Assembly: GCA_030154225.1 (NCBI GenBank)
Contig: JASKKI010000004.1
Coordinates: forward strand, 2,710-66,709
Reading direction: 5' to 3'
Origin: Clostridia bacterium
Lineage (GTDB): Bacteria; Bacillota; Peptococcia; Peptococcales; BICA1-8
DNA: 64,000 nucleotides
Position numbers and translations under genes: made by a program. This document shows positions 48,607 to 57,465 of this stretch, piece after piece. Positions within the stretch are counted from its first letter, which is position 1; each line of letters begins with the position of its first letter. The notes under the pieces are model-generated. The model was not told where the DNA came from and did not search any database. It worked only from the letters and a program-made list of their open reading frames with translations.

Positions 48607-49638
48607 TTGAGCATAAGAAGCCTTTTTTTTATGGCATTTGGCCTTTTTTTACTTTATGGATTATTTACCATAGGTTTTCCGTTTCTCCTCGCTTTATTGA
48701 TTGTTATTTTATTAGAGCCATTAGTCCAGTTAATAGTGAAAAAACTAAAAGTTAAACGGTTTGTTTCTTCATTAATTGTTTCCTTATTGTTTTCTTTTAT
48801 TTTTCTTTTATCTTTTGTTTTAATAATTTTAAAAGCATCCAAAGAAGCGGTCGGCCTAGCCAGTTTTTTATTAAAAATAATAAAACAAATGGCTGCCAAT
48901 GCTGAAGTATATAGTAATAAAACGGAAATTCTTTTTAAATCCATCCCTCCGGAATTTCAAGCAGGTTTTACCCAGTTACTGAAAGCTTTATTAGAATCAT
49001 TACAAGGACTATTAAGTAATTTAGCTGGATATTCAATTGATATCGCTACCACTATTCCTAATTTCTTAATCGAAACAATTATTTTCTTTATCGCCTTTTA
49101 TATTATTAGTTTCACACTACCTGATATTAAAAAAAGTTTTTTAGGTTTCTTTGACCAAAGCACCCACCATAGGGTAGAAATTTTAATGAATAACCTCTAT
49201 AAAGCAGTAATAGGTTTTATCCGGGCTCAAGTTATTATTAGTGTACTCATTTTCCTTTTTACAGCCCTTGGTTTTTATATTTTAAAAGTAAAATATGTAC
49301 TTGCTACCGCTCTAGTAGTGACTGTAGTTGATTTTCTCCCGATATTAGGCGCAGGTTCAGTAATTGTACCTATGTCTATTTATAACTTTTCAAAAGGTAA
49401 TTCTTTATTAGCATTAGGTTTGTTAATTCATTACAGTTTTCTTATTATCTTCCGAAGGGTTGCTGAACCCAAAATTTTAGGTGATGCCGTTGGTATAAGT
49501 GCCCTGAGTGCTTTAATAAGTATGTATATTGGTTATAAATTGGTAGGATTTATCGGATTGATTATGGGCCCAACGGTAGTAATTATCTATCAAGCATTGG
49601 TTAAAGAGGGCATTATTCGGATTAAAATCAAATTCTAA
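48607..49638 (+). CDS. AI-2E family transporter (YtvI/PerM-like)
   Basis: 343 aa, TTG start after GGAGGA, 8-TM profile. DFLPILGAG and RRVAEPKILGDAVGIS motifs. Confidence 0.75.
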   Translation: MSIRSLFFMAFGLFLLYGLFTIGFPFLLALLIVILLEPLVQLIVKKLKVKRFVSSLIVSLLFSFIFLLSFVLIILKASKEAVGLASFLLKIIKQMAANAEVYSNKTEILFKSIPPEFQAGFTQLLKALLESLQGLLSNLAGYSIDIATTIPNFLIETIIFFIAFYIISFTLPDIKKSFLGFFDQSTHHRVEILMNNLYKAVIGFIRAQVIISVLIFLFTALGFYILKVKYVLATALVVTVVDFLPILGAGSVIVPMSIYNFSKGNSLLALGLLIHYSFLIIFRRVAEPKILGDAVGISALSALISMYIGYKLVGFIGLIMGPTVVIIYQALVKEGIIRIKIKF

Positions 49639-49796
49639 CCTTAATATAAAAGGTCATTGAAAAATAGCACATTCCCCTCTAAGAAAAACCGACTTCGTCG
49701 GTCATTCAGAACCTACAGTTGCTACAGTGCTACCGTGCTACAGGAAATAAAAGATTAAGACTGAAGCTTGCCCAAAAGTTATACTCTCTTTAACGT

Positions 49797-49821
49797 CCAA
49801 AAAGACCCGGTCCCCGGGTCT
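49797..49821 (-). terminator. intrinsic terminator after thrC
   Basis: AGACCCGG-nnn-CCGGGTCT hairpin with a T5 run on the minus strand. Confidence 0.8.
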
Positions 49822-49827
49822 TATAAT

Positions 49828-51324
49828 TTATATACCTAATATCTTCATAATCTCTTTTTTAATCCCCTCTTTAGTACAAAAAATTTTATGAATAACAGGT
49901 TTTTTATCCAGGTCTTTCAGTCCATGATGAATAGGAAGTCCACTTACTTCACTTAATTCCTCTAAAATAGCAAACTCATCTTTATTATCTACTGCTTCAG
50001 CCCCTTTAATAGCTTCTAAAACACTGCTATTAAACTTAAATGGACTAGCAGTTGCATCAATAACAGTTTTGGTTTTATCTTTTGTTTCTCGCAGATACTC
50101 ATAATAAACTTTAACAGCAACGGCTGTATGGGTATCCAAAGTGTAGTTTTTACTTTGATAGACTTTTTTAATTGTTTCTAAAGTTTCTTCTTGTGTGGCA
50201 AAACCACTAACCAGTATTTGGTCAATAGAACTCTTTGTTTCTTTATCTATAATAAATTTACCTTTTGTGTTTAAATCATTCATCCACTGTTTAATTTTAT
50301 CAGCATTATGATTAGTTTGTTCAAATAAAAATCTTTCTAAATTGCTAGAAACTAAAATATCCATAGAAGGACTATTAGTTTGTTTAAATTCTCTATTCCG
50401 GTCATAAATACCTGTCTGGAAGAAATCAGTAAGAACCTTATTTTCATTAGATGCACAAATCAATTTATTAACAGGTAAACCCATTTTATAAGCATACCAG
50501 CCAGCCAAGATATTACCAAAGTTACCGGTAGGAACAACAAAATTTACTTTTTCCCCGGGTTGTATTTCCCGCTCCTTTAAAAGGTTTAAATATGCAGAGA
50601 AATAGTATATTACCTGAGGTAACAATCTACCCCAGTTTATTGAATTAGCTGAAGAAAGTTCATAACCTTTATCATTAAGAATATCATTAAATTCTTCATT
50701 AGCAAAAATTTCTTTAACTGCACTCTGGCAATCATCAAAATTACCTTTAACTGCTACTACATAAGTATTCTTACCATCAGTAGTAGTCATCTGTAACTCC
50801 TGAACCTTACTTACTCCTTGATACGGAAAAAAAACTATAATTTGAATACCAGGTATATTTTTAAAACCTTCTAAAGCGGCCTTACCTGTATCGCCAGAAG
50901 TTGCCACCAGGATTACTATTTCTTTATCAGCACCTACTTTTTTAATAGCAAGGGACAAGAAATAAGGCATAATTTGCAAGGCCATATCCTTAAAAGCAGC
51001 AGTAGGACCGTGCCAAAGTTCCAAAACATAAGTATGCTCATTTAATTTGTAAATTGGTGCCATAAAGGGATGATCAAAATTTTTTTCATTATAAGCACTG
51101 TTTACACAATCTTTAATTTCGTCAATTGAATAATCATCCAAGTAGAGGCTTAGAATCTTTTCGGCAATCTCTTGGTAACTGGAATTTTGCAAGTTTATTA
51201 ACTCCTCTAGAGTAATAGTTGGAATACTTTCTGGAACAAAAAGTCCTCCACTGGGTACCATTCCCATTTTTATAGCCCTAGATGCTGTAACTCTTTCATG
51301 ATTTCCTCTAGTACTAATATACAT
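49828..51324 (-). CDS. thrC: threonine synthase
   Basis: 498 aa with the PLP-lysine motif GPTAAFKDMALQ and a long-form ThrC layout. Confidence 0.9.
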   Translation of the reverse strand: MYISTRGNHERVTASRAIKMGMVPSGGLFVPESIPTITLEELINLQNSSYQEIAEKILSLYLDDYSIDEIKDCVNSAYNEKNFDHPFMAPIYKLNEHTYVLELWHGPTAAFKDMALQIMPYFLSLAIKKVGADKEIVILVATSGDTGKAALEGFKNIPGIQIIVFFPYQGVSKVQELQMTTTDGKNTYVVAVKGNFDDCQSAVKEIFANEEFNDILNDKGYELSSANSINWGRLLPQVIYYFSAYLNLLKEREIQPGEKVNFVVPTGNFGNILAGWYAYKMGLPVNKLICASNENKVLTDFFQTGIYDRNREFKQTNSPSMDILVSSNLERFLFEQTNHNADKIKQWMNDLNTKGKFIIDKETKSSIDQILVSGFATQEETLETIKKVYQSKNYTLDTHTAVAVKVYYEYLRETKDKTKTVIDATASPFKFNSSVLEAIKGAEAVDNKDEFAILEELSEVSGLPIHHGLKDLDKKPVIHKIFCTKEGIKKEIMKILGI

Positions 51325-51486
51325 ACCAAAATCTCCTTTATTTTGATGATAGTTTGAACAAATCGTCCTTCGGACGACTTGTAGTGACTAGTGAAATATA
51401 TAATTTGTTTTATATTCTTTTTTTATCGTTAAGTTCCTGCTTATTTATTATAATTTTTTATTTTTATTTTAGGAATTTTTATATGT

Positions 51487-51511
51487 TATAATAAATGTAA
51501 ATATTTACATT
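51487..51511 (+). promoter_or_regulatory. -10 box plus perfect 18-bp palindrome upstream of transketolase
   Basis: TATAAT at 51487-51492 (preceded by TGt). AATGTAAATATTTACATT at 51494-51511 is a perfect 9+9 inverted repeat. Confidence 0.4.
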
Positions 51512-51539
51512 CTTTAATATTTCCAAAGGGGCTGATAAT

Positions 51540-52361
51540 TTGGTTGTTCTTAATGAAAAACAATTACAAGAAATATGCAAGGATATGCGTGCTGACATTT
51601 TACGAATGACGGAGAGGGCAGGTTCCGGTCATCCGGGAGGTAGCCTTTCTGCAGTAGAATTAATGGCTGTTCTGTATTTCAATGTACTTAATCATAAACC
51701 GCAAGAGCCTGGTTGGTCAGAAAGAGATCGGTTTATTCTTTCCAAAGGTCATGCCTGCCCAGTTCTATATTCTGCTATGTCCCGTAGCGGTTATTTTCCC
51801 GTTGAAGAGCTACTTACACTTCGTCAACTTGATAGTAGATTACAGGGACATCCTAATATGAAAGCCTTACCGGGACTAGAATGTTCTAGTGGTTCTTTAG
51901 GTCAAGGACTTTCCATAAGTAATGGTTTAGCAATAGCTGCAAAAATTGATAAAAAAAATTATCGTGTTTATTGTTTAATGGGTGATGGTGAGTTACAGGA
52001 AGGTCAGGTTTGGGAAGCTGCCATGACTGCTGCCCATTATAAGCTGGATAATGTTTGTGCTATAGTTGATTATAACAACCTGCAAATAGATGGCAAGGTT
52101 GAAGATGTAAAAAATATTGCTCCTTTAAAAGAAAAGTGGCAGTCCTTTAACTGGCATGTTATTGAAATCGATGGTCACGACTTAATTCAAATTTTCCAAG
52201 CTTATGAAGAAGCCAAAGGAGTAAAAAAGAAACCTACAGTCATTATTGCAAGGACCATTAAAGGTAAGGGGGTTTCCTTCATGGAAAATGTAGCAGGCTG
52301 GCATGGTAAAGCACCTAACAAAAAAGAACTGGAAGCAGCATTAAAGGAAATATACGGATAG
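51540..52361 (+). CDS. transketolase, N-terminal (TPP-binding) subunit
   Basis: 273 aa, TTG start. GSGHPGGSLS and GDGELQEG motifs. Confidence 0.9.
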   Translation: MVVLNEKQLQEICKDMRADILRMTERAGSGHPGGSLSAVELMAVLYFNVLNHKPQEPGWSERDRFILSKGHACPVLYSAMSRSGYFPVEELLTLRQLDSRLQGHPNMKALPGLECSSGSLGQGLSISNGLAIAAKIDKKNYRVYCLMGDGELQEGQVWEAAMTAAHYKLDNVCAIVDYNNLQIDGKVEDVKNIAPLKEKWQSFNWHVIEIDGHDLIQIFQAYEEAKGVKKKPTVIIARTIKGKGVSFMENVAGWHGKAPNKKELEAALKEIYG

Positions 52362-52372
52362 GAGGAATAAGA

Positions 52373-53320
52373 ATGGAAATGAAACCAACCCGTGACGGAT
52401 ATGGCGAAGGGTTATTAGAATTAGGTAAAACCAACCCTCAAGTAATTGTACTTGATGCGGACCTAGCAAAATCCACGCGTACAGACTGGTTTATGAAGGA
52501 ATATCCTCACCGTTTCTTTGATATAGGTATTGCTGAGCAAGATATGCTGGGTACTGCCGCCGGGTTAGCTTTAGCAGGAAAAATTCCTTTCGTTACAACC
52601 TATGGGGTTTTCGTAGCCGGCAGAGCATGGGATCAGATACGAACAACCATTTCCTATGCCGGGTTAAATGTCAAGATTGCTGGAGCCCATGGAGGTATTT
52701 CTGTGGGAGCCGATGGTGCTACTCACCAGGCATTAGAAGAAATTACCCTGATGAGAGTTTTACCCAATATGACTTTAGTAGTACCATGTGATGCTATTGA
52801 AACTAAAAAAGCAACCATTGCCCTGGCAAATTTTAAAGGTCCAGCTTACCTACGCTTTGCCCGGGAAGCTACACCTGTTTTCACTAGTGAATCTGATCCT
52901 TTTCAAATTGGAGAATCTATTACCTTAAAAGATGGAAAGGATCTAACAATAATTGCTTGTGGACCTATCGTCTTTGAAGCTTTAACAGCTGCCAAAATAC
53001 TAAACCAATCAGGTATTTCAGCAAGGGTAATTAATATGCATACAATTAAACCTATTGATAAAGAAGCCATCTTAAAAGCCGCTAAAGAAACCGGCGCCAT
53101 TGTAACTGCCGAAGAACATCAAATTTTAGGTGGATTAGGTGGTGCCGTCGCCGAAATTTTAGTACAAAATCATCCCGTACCTGTGGAAATGATAGGTATA
53201 AAAGATACTTTTGGAGAATCAGGTACACCTGAGGAATTAGCTGAAAGATATGGTCTTACAGCCAATCATATCAATATAGCTGCCCAAAAAGTACTTAAAA
53301 GAAAAGCTAGTCCCCAGTAG
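52373..53320 (+). CDS. transketolase, C-terminal (pyrimidine-binding) subunit
   Basis: 315 aa with the FDIGIAEQDM motif. Confidence 0.9.
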   Translation: MEMKPTRDGYGEGLLELGKTNPQVIVLDADLAKSTRTDWFMKEYPHRFFDIGIAEQDMLGTAAGLALAGKIPFVTTYGVFVAGRAWDQIRTTISYAGLNVKIAGAHGGISVGADGATHQALEEITLMRVLPNMTLVVPCDAIETKKATIALANFKGPAYLRFAREATPVFTSESDPFQIGESITLKDGKDLTIIACGPIVFEALTAAKILNQSGISARVINMHTIKPIDKEAILKAAKETGAIVTAEEHQILGGLGGAVAEILVQNHPVPVEMIGIKDTFGESGTPEELAERYGLTANHINIAAQKVLKRKASPQ

Positions 53321-53336
53321 GACTAGCTTTTCTTTT
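53303..53336 (+). terminator. intrinsic terminator overlapping the stop codon
   Basis: AAAGCTAGTCC / GGACTAGCTTT 11-bp stem followed by TCTTTT. Confidence 0.75.
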
Positions 53337-53378
53337 ACCCATAGAAACAAACTGTTACTTATGAAATATGAACTTTCT

Positions 53379-53786
53379 TTAGATGTAACAACTTAAAAAA
53401 TACTCAATAATTTCTCTTCTTCTAACAATTCCGATGAATACATTATTATCATCAATCACAGGAACAAAGTTTTGAGTTATGGCTAATTCAATAAGATCTT
53501 CCATTTTAGCACTGATTCTCACCGGTAAATTTTGTACCCTTTGGGGAACATCACAAATACAAATTTTGTGAATGTTTTCAAAACTTAAGCAAGGGGTGTT
53601 TTTCATTTTCCAAAGTAAATCACCTTCTGTTAAGGTTCCAACATATTTACCTTCACTATCAATGATTGGCACAGCAGTATACCTGTGATATTCCATTTTT
53701 TCTAAAGCTTGTCGCATGGTTGAATTGATTGTCAGATAAACGACATCCTGTTTAGGTATTAAGAAGAAGGATATATTTTTAGGCAT
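53379..53786 (-). CDS. CBS-domain pair protein
   Basis: 135 aa with two CBS-like repeats (TAVPIIDSEGKYVGTLTEGDLL; FVPVIDDNNVFIGIVRRREI). Confidence 0.8.
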   Translation of the reverse strand: MPKNISFFLIPKQDVVYLTINSTMRQALEKMEYHRYTAVPIIDSEGKYVGTLTEGDLLWKMKNTPCLSFENIHKICICDVPQRVQNLPVRISAKMEDLIELAITQNFVPVIDDNNVFIGIVRRREIIEYFLSCYI

Positions 53787-54065
53787 TTTAAACTCCCCAC
53801 ATAATATTTTCAGTTATAATGATATCATTTTTTATAACTAATGTTAATCTCCTCTTTTTTTCCGGCAATGTAGTTCAAAAAATGTTCCATAGCCGGTGTA
53901 CAATACCCAGTAGGCCAGGATTGGTGTACGAATTAATTTTGTAAAGGATAACAGATTCACTCCTAGTTTAGAAAAGTGTATTACAGTTTATGCTAATACT
54001 ATCCTAACTGTGACTACAAAAAAAGCAAAGCTATGATATAAAGAAGCTTTCCTTTCAATAATTTA

Positions 54066-54794
54066 TTATATTACTGTTAATACTGAATAAAGGGCAGTAA
54101 TTAATACTAATAATGGTACACCTTTTTGAAAATGAGCTTGTGAAACTAGAGGAAAGATATTATTTCCTAAAATTCCTCCTAAAATGGCAAAAGGTACTAA
54201 GGTTAATGCTTTTAAAATTATTATTTTATTTATTGCACCTAAAAAGAATAAAAATAGTATACTAGGAACATAGACTAAAGCATTATAACATGCAAATGTT
54301 GCTCTAAATTTATCTTTAGGTAACTGGCGGTTATTAAGAAAAAGTACTATAGGAGGTCCTGGCATTCCAATACTTGCAGTCATTAATCCTGATATACTTC
54401 CCACAATACGTTCAACCCATGAACTATTTTTAATTTTAAAGCGATAACCTGAAATAAGAAATATACTTAAAATAATAACAATACAACTAATTAAAATTTT
54501 CATAGTTTTAACATTAAAATTAAAAAATATGTAAACACCAAAAGGTATACCAAATAATGCACCTATCAATAAATTAATAACTATGTGGCCAATTATAGAC
54601 TTGTGTACCTTAATAGACAAAGTAGTTACAGAAAAAAAAGAGACAATCATACTTAAACCTACAGCTGTTTTGGCATCAAAAACTAATAACAGCATCGGTA
54701 CAGCTAAAATAGCAAACCCAAAACCTGTCATTGCTTGCAAACTGGAAGCTAAAATGATAACTGCAACAGCTAATATCCAGGATAAATCAAACAT
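54066..54794 (-). CDS. TauE/SafE-family sulfite/anion exporter
   Basis: 242 aa, 7-8 TM. N-terminal ...MTGFGFAILAVP... is typical of the family. Confidence 0.8.
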   Translation of the reverse strand: MFDLSWILAVAVIILASSLQAMTGFGFAILAVPMLLLVFDAKTAVGLSMIVSFFSVTTLSIKVHKSIIGHIVINLLIGALFGIPFGVYIFFNFNVKTMKILISCIVIILSIFLISGYRFKIKNSSWVERIVGSISGLMTASIGMPGPPIVLFLNNRQLPKDKFRATFACYNALVYVPSILFLFFLGAINKIIILKALTLVPFAILGGILGNNIFPLVSQAHFQKGVPLLVLITALYSVLTVI

Positions 54795-55034
54795 GGTGCT
54801 CCATCTCCTTAGATTAAAAAAATTTAAAATATAAACTACTTTTTATTTTATAATATTCAATTAATGAAAACCAATCAAAAAATTTAATGTTTTAGTAAAA
54901 TTGAAATTCTAATTTTCAAAAGGAAAATTCACTTACAAAATTATCGCTTTTGTTGCTGATTATCATATGTTTCTTTAAAATTTAAAGTGACTAAAAATTG
55001 TCATTAAATTTTCTAAAAAAATTATTACATATTA

Positions 55035-55063
55035 TTGACAAGTGGAAAAAACGATTTTATACT
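55035..55063 (+). promoter_or_regulatory. strong sigma-A type promoter of speD
   Basis: TTGACA (55035-40), 17-nt spacer, TATACT (55058-63). Confidence 0.55.
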
Positions 55064-55204
55064 TATATCTATCGTGCAGAAATTGAAATTTATTTATCTA
55101 ATTTTTAAGTCCAATAATACACCTTAAAGGGTTGGGTGAAATGCCCGACTTTAACCCCCGTGGGTGTAAAAGAAAATTAATTTTAATGAAAGGGGGAGGC
55201 CAAT

Positions 55205-55603
55205 ATGAGTTTTTCAACATTTGGTCGACATGTAATTGCTGATTTTCACGGAGTTACTGAGGAGCTTTTGAATGATTATGATTTTTTAAGAAATGCCCTT
55301 TATGAAGCTGCTCATGCTTGTGGAGCTACTGTGGTAGGAGAACAATTCAACAAGTTTGAACCACAGGGAGTAACGGGAGTTTTAGTTTTAGCTGAAAGTC
55401 ACCTATCAATCCACACTTATCCCGAACACGGATTTTGTGCCATAGATTGTTATACCTGTGGTACAGAAGTAGATCCCGAAAAAGCTTACAGGCATTTACT
55501 TGCGGTTCTTAAACCAAAAAAGGCCTTTGAACGAGGTTTGAAACGAGGTACAGGTGAAATTACAAACCTTGCCCGAAATGAACTTAAAGTTGTTAATTCA
55601 TAG
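55205..55603 (+). CDS. speD: S-adenosylmethionine decarboxylase proenzyme (class 1, small form)
   Basis: 132 aa. LAESHLSIHTYPE contains the Glu-Ser self-cleavage site. SD AGGGGGAGG upstream. Confidence 0.9.
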   Translation: MSFSTFGRHVIADFHGVTEELLNDYDFLRNALYEAAHACGATVVGEQFNKFEPQGVTGVLVLAESHLSIHTYPEHGFCAIDCYTCGTEVDPEKAYRHLLAVLKPKKAFERGLKRGTGEITNLARNELKVVNS

Positions 55604-55621
55604 AATTCCAATAATCATATC

Positions 55622-55654
55622 AAAACCGGGGTATTTCCTCGGTTTTGTTTTTTT
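55622..55654 (+). terminator. intrinsic terminator after speD
   Basis: AAAACCG...CGGTTTT stem followed by GTTTTTTT. Confidence 0.8.
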
Positions 55655-55670
55655 AACTTGGTTTATAACG

Positions 55671-55705
55671 AAAAATGAACCGCCCAACGGGGCGGTCATT
55701 TTTAT
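55671..55705. terminator. terminator after opuA operon 2 (usable in both directions)
   Basis: ACCGCCC-AACG-GGGCGGT hairpin flanked by A5 and T5 runs. Confidence 0.75.
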
Positions 55706-56595
55706 TCAAGCCATTTGCTTACTTTATCTTCATTTTCTTTAACCCAGCGTTTTGCTGTTTCATATGGATCTGCTCCTTCTTCCTGATTCCAAACCATAAC
55801 CTGAGCCATATCCTCGGGAGTCCAATTAAATTTATCTAAAAAGTTATAAACCTCTGGCATATCTTCTTTTAACCCTTTTCTAACAATAGTATTTATATTT
55901 TCTTCTCCACCATAAATATTTTTGGGGTCTTTTAGATATTTTAAATCCCACCGGGCAAATTTCCAGTGTGGTGTCCAACCAGTAACTACGACCCACTCTT
56001 TATTTTTTATAGCATCAGCCAACGCAGCAGTCATGGTTGCTCCACTACCTTCTACTAATTCAAAATTAGTTAAACCATATTCCTCTATTACCTTTTCAGT
56101 TGCCGACATTAAACCAGCACCAGGGTCAATTCCTATGATTTTACCGTTGAATTTATCAGCATTGGCATTCAATTCCTCGATTGAATCAATTGTTACATAG
56201 TCAGGTACTACTAAACCTATTTTTGTACCTTTTAAATTTGGTCCTAAATCTACAACTTTATCTTTTACTTCCTCTAAATAATGTCCATGGGTTGTAGGTA
56301 ACCAGGCCGCAACCATACCATCAACATCATTACTTGCTACAGCCTGCCACATTGCTGCCGCACCAACAGGTGTAATCTCAACCTCATACCCCATTTTTTC
56401 CTGGAGAACAGCTTTTACGACATTAGTACTTGCAACTTCGGAATCCCATTCAACATAGCTTAACTCAACAGTTTTCTTAGGTTCGTCTTTAGGTACTTCA
56501 GCTCCTTTAGGCTCCTCTTTTTTTGCACAGCCAATAACTAACAGAGAAAAAGATAAAACAAAAATTAATAAAAATATAAAAATTGACTTTCTCAT
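55702..56595 (-). CDS. opuAC: glycine betaine-binding lipoprotein
   Basis: 297 aa. Lipobox LLVIGC. OpuAC-family motifs (WDSEVAST, GWTPHWKF). Confidence 0.9.
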   Translation of the reverse strand: MRKSIFIFLLIFVLSFSLLVIGCAKKEEPKGAEVPKDEPKKTVELSYVEWDSEVASTNVVKAVLQEKMGYEVEITPVGAAAMWQAVASNDVDGMVAAWLPTTHGHYLEEVKDKVVDLGPNLKGTKIGLVVPDYVTIDSIEELNANADKFNGKIIGIDPGAGLMSATEKVIEEYGLTNFELVEGSGATMTAALADAIKNKEWVVVTGWTPHWKFARWDLKYLKDPKNIYGGEENINTIVRKGLKEDMPEVYNFLDKFNWTPEDMAQVMVWNQEEGADPYETAKRWVKENEDKVSKWLE

Positions 56596-56625
56596 TTTTA
56601 ATCAAACCCTCCTTAATTAATTATA

Positions 56626-57465
56626 TTACTTTTTATTACCGGCAATTTTTTGGGTAATTCGGTCTAGGATAATTGCAACAATTACAACTCCTAAACCTGC
56701 TTCAAAGCCCATACCTATCTTTAACCTTTGAATGGCTTTCCAAACCTCTCCACCAAGCCCTTTGGCCCCTATCATTGCTGCGATAACTACCATTGATAGT
56801 GACAACATAATTGTTTGATTTATACCTGCCATTATTGTTTGGGTGGCTAGGGGCAATTGAAGTTTAAATAGTTTTTGCATTTTTGTTGAACCAAAAGCAT
56901 CTGCAGCTTCAATCAAGTCTTTAGGAACTTGTCTTATACCTAAGGTTGTTAATCTGATTGCCGGTGGCATAGCAAAAACTACAGTAGCAAAAGTGGCTGG
57001 AACTGCACCCAAGCCAAAAAACCATATCGCCGGAATTAAATATACGAAAGCTGGCATAGTCTGCATAAAATCTAAAATAGGCATTATGATTTTATAAAAG
57101 CTTTCATAAAGTGCAGCTACTATACCTAGTGGAATTCCAATTGCTACTGCAATAATAGTAGAAAACAGTACTAAAGAAATGGTAGACATAGTTGCCGCCC
57201 ATAAACCTAGATTCCAAATAAGCAATAGTCCCAGTAAAGTAAACAAAGCAATATTTCTACTTTTACTTAAAAACCAGGCTAATAATGCAAAAGCAATTAT
57301 CAATAGCCATGGTGGAAAGAACATCAATCCAGCAATAAAGGCATCAATTCCAGTTTCTGTTATTCCTGAAATAGTTTTTGTAATAAAAGAAAAATTAGTA
57401 GTTAACCAACTAATTGTGTTTTCTATCCATGTACCTATTGGTATTTTAGGAAGAGGCATATCCAT
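56626..57465 (-). CDS. opuAB: glycine betaine ABC transporter permease
   Basis: MQTMPAFVYLIP, PPAIRLTTLGIRQVP and EAADAFGST motifs. Paralog of 32080-32958. Confidence 0.9.
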   Translation of the reverse strand: MDMPLPKIPIGTWIENTISWLTTNFSFITKTISGITETGIDAFIAGLMFFPPWLLIIAFALLAWFLSKSRNIALFTLLGLLLIWNLGLWAATMSTISLVLFSTIIAVAIGIPLGIVAALYESFYKIIMPILDFMQTMPAFVYLIPAIWFFGLGAVPATFATVVFAMPPAIRLTTLGIRQVPKDLIEAADAFGSTKMQKLFKLQLPLATQTIMAGINQTIMLSLSMVVIAAMIGAKGLGGEVWKAIQRLKIGMGFEAGLGVVIVAIILDRITQKIAGNKK

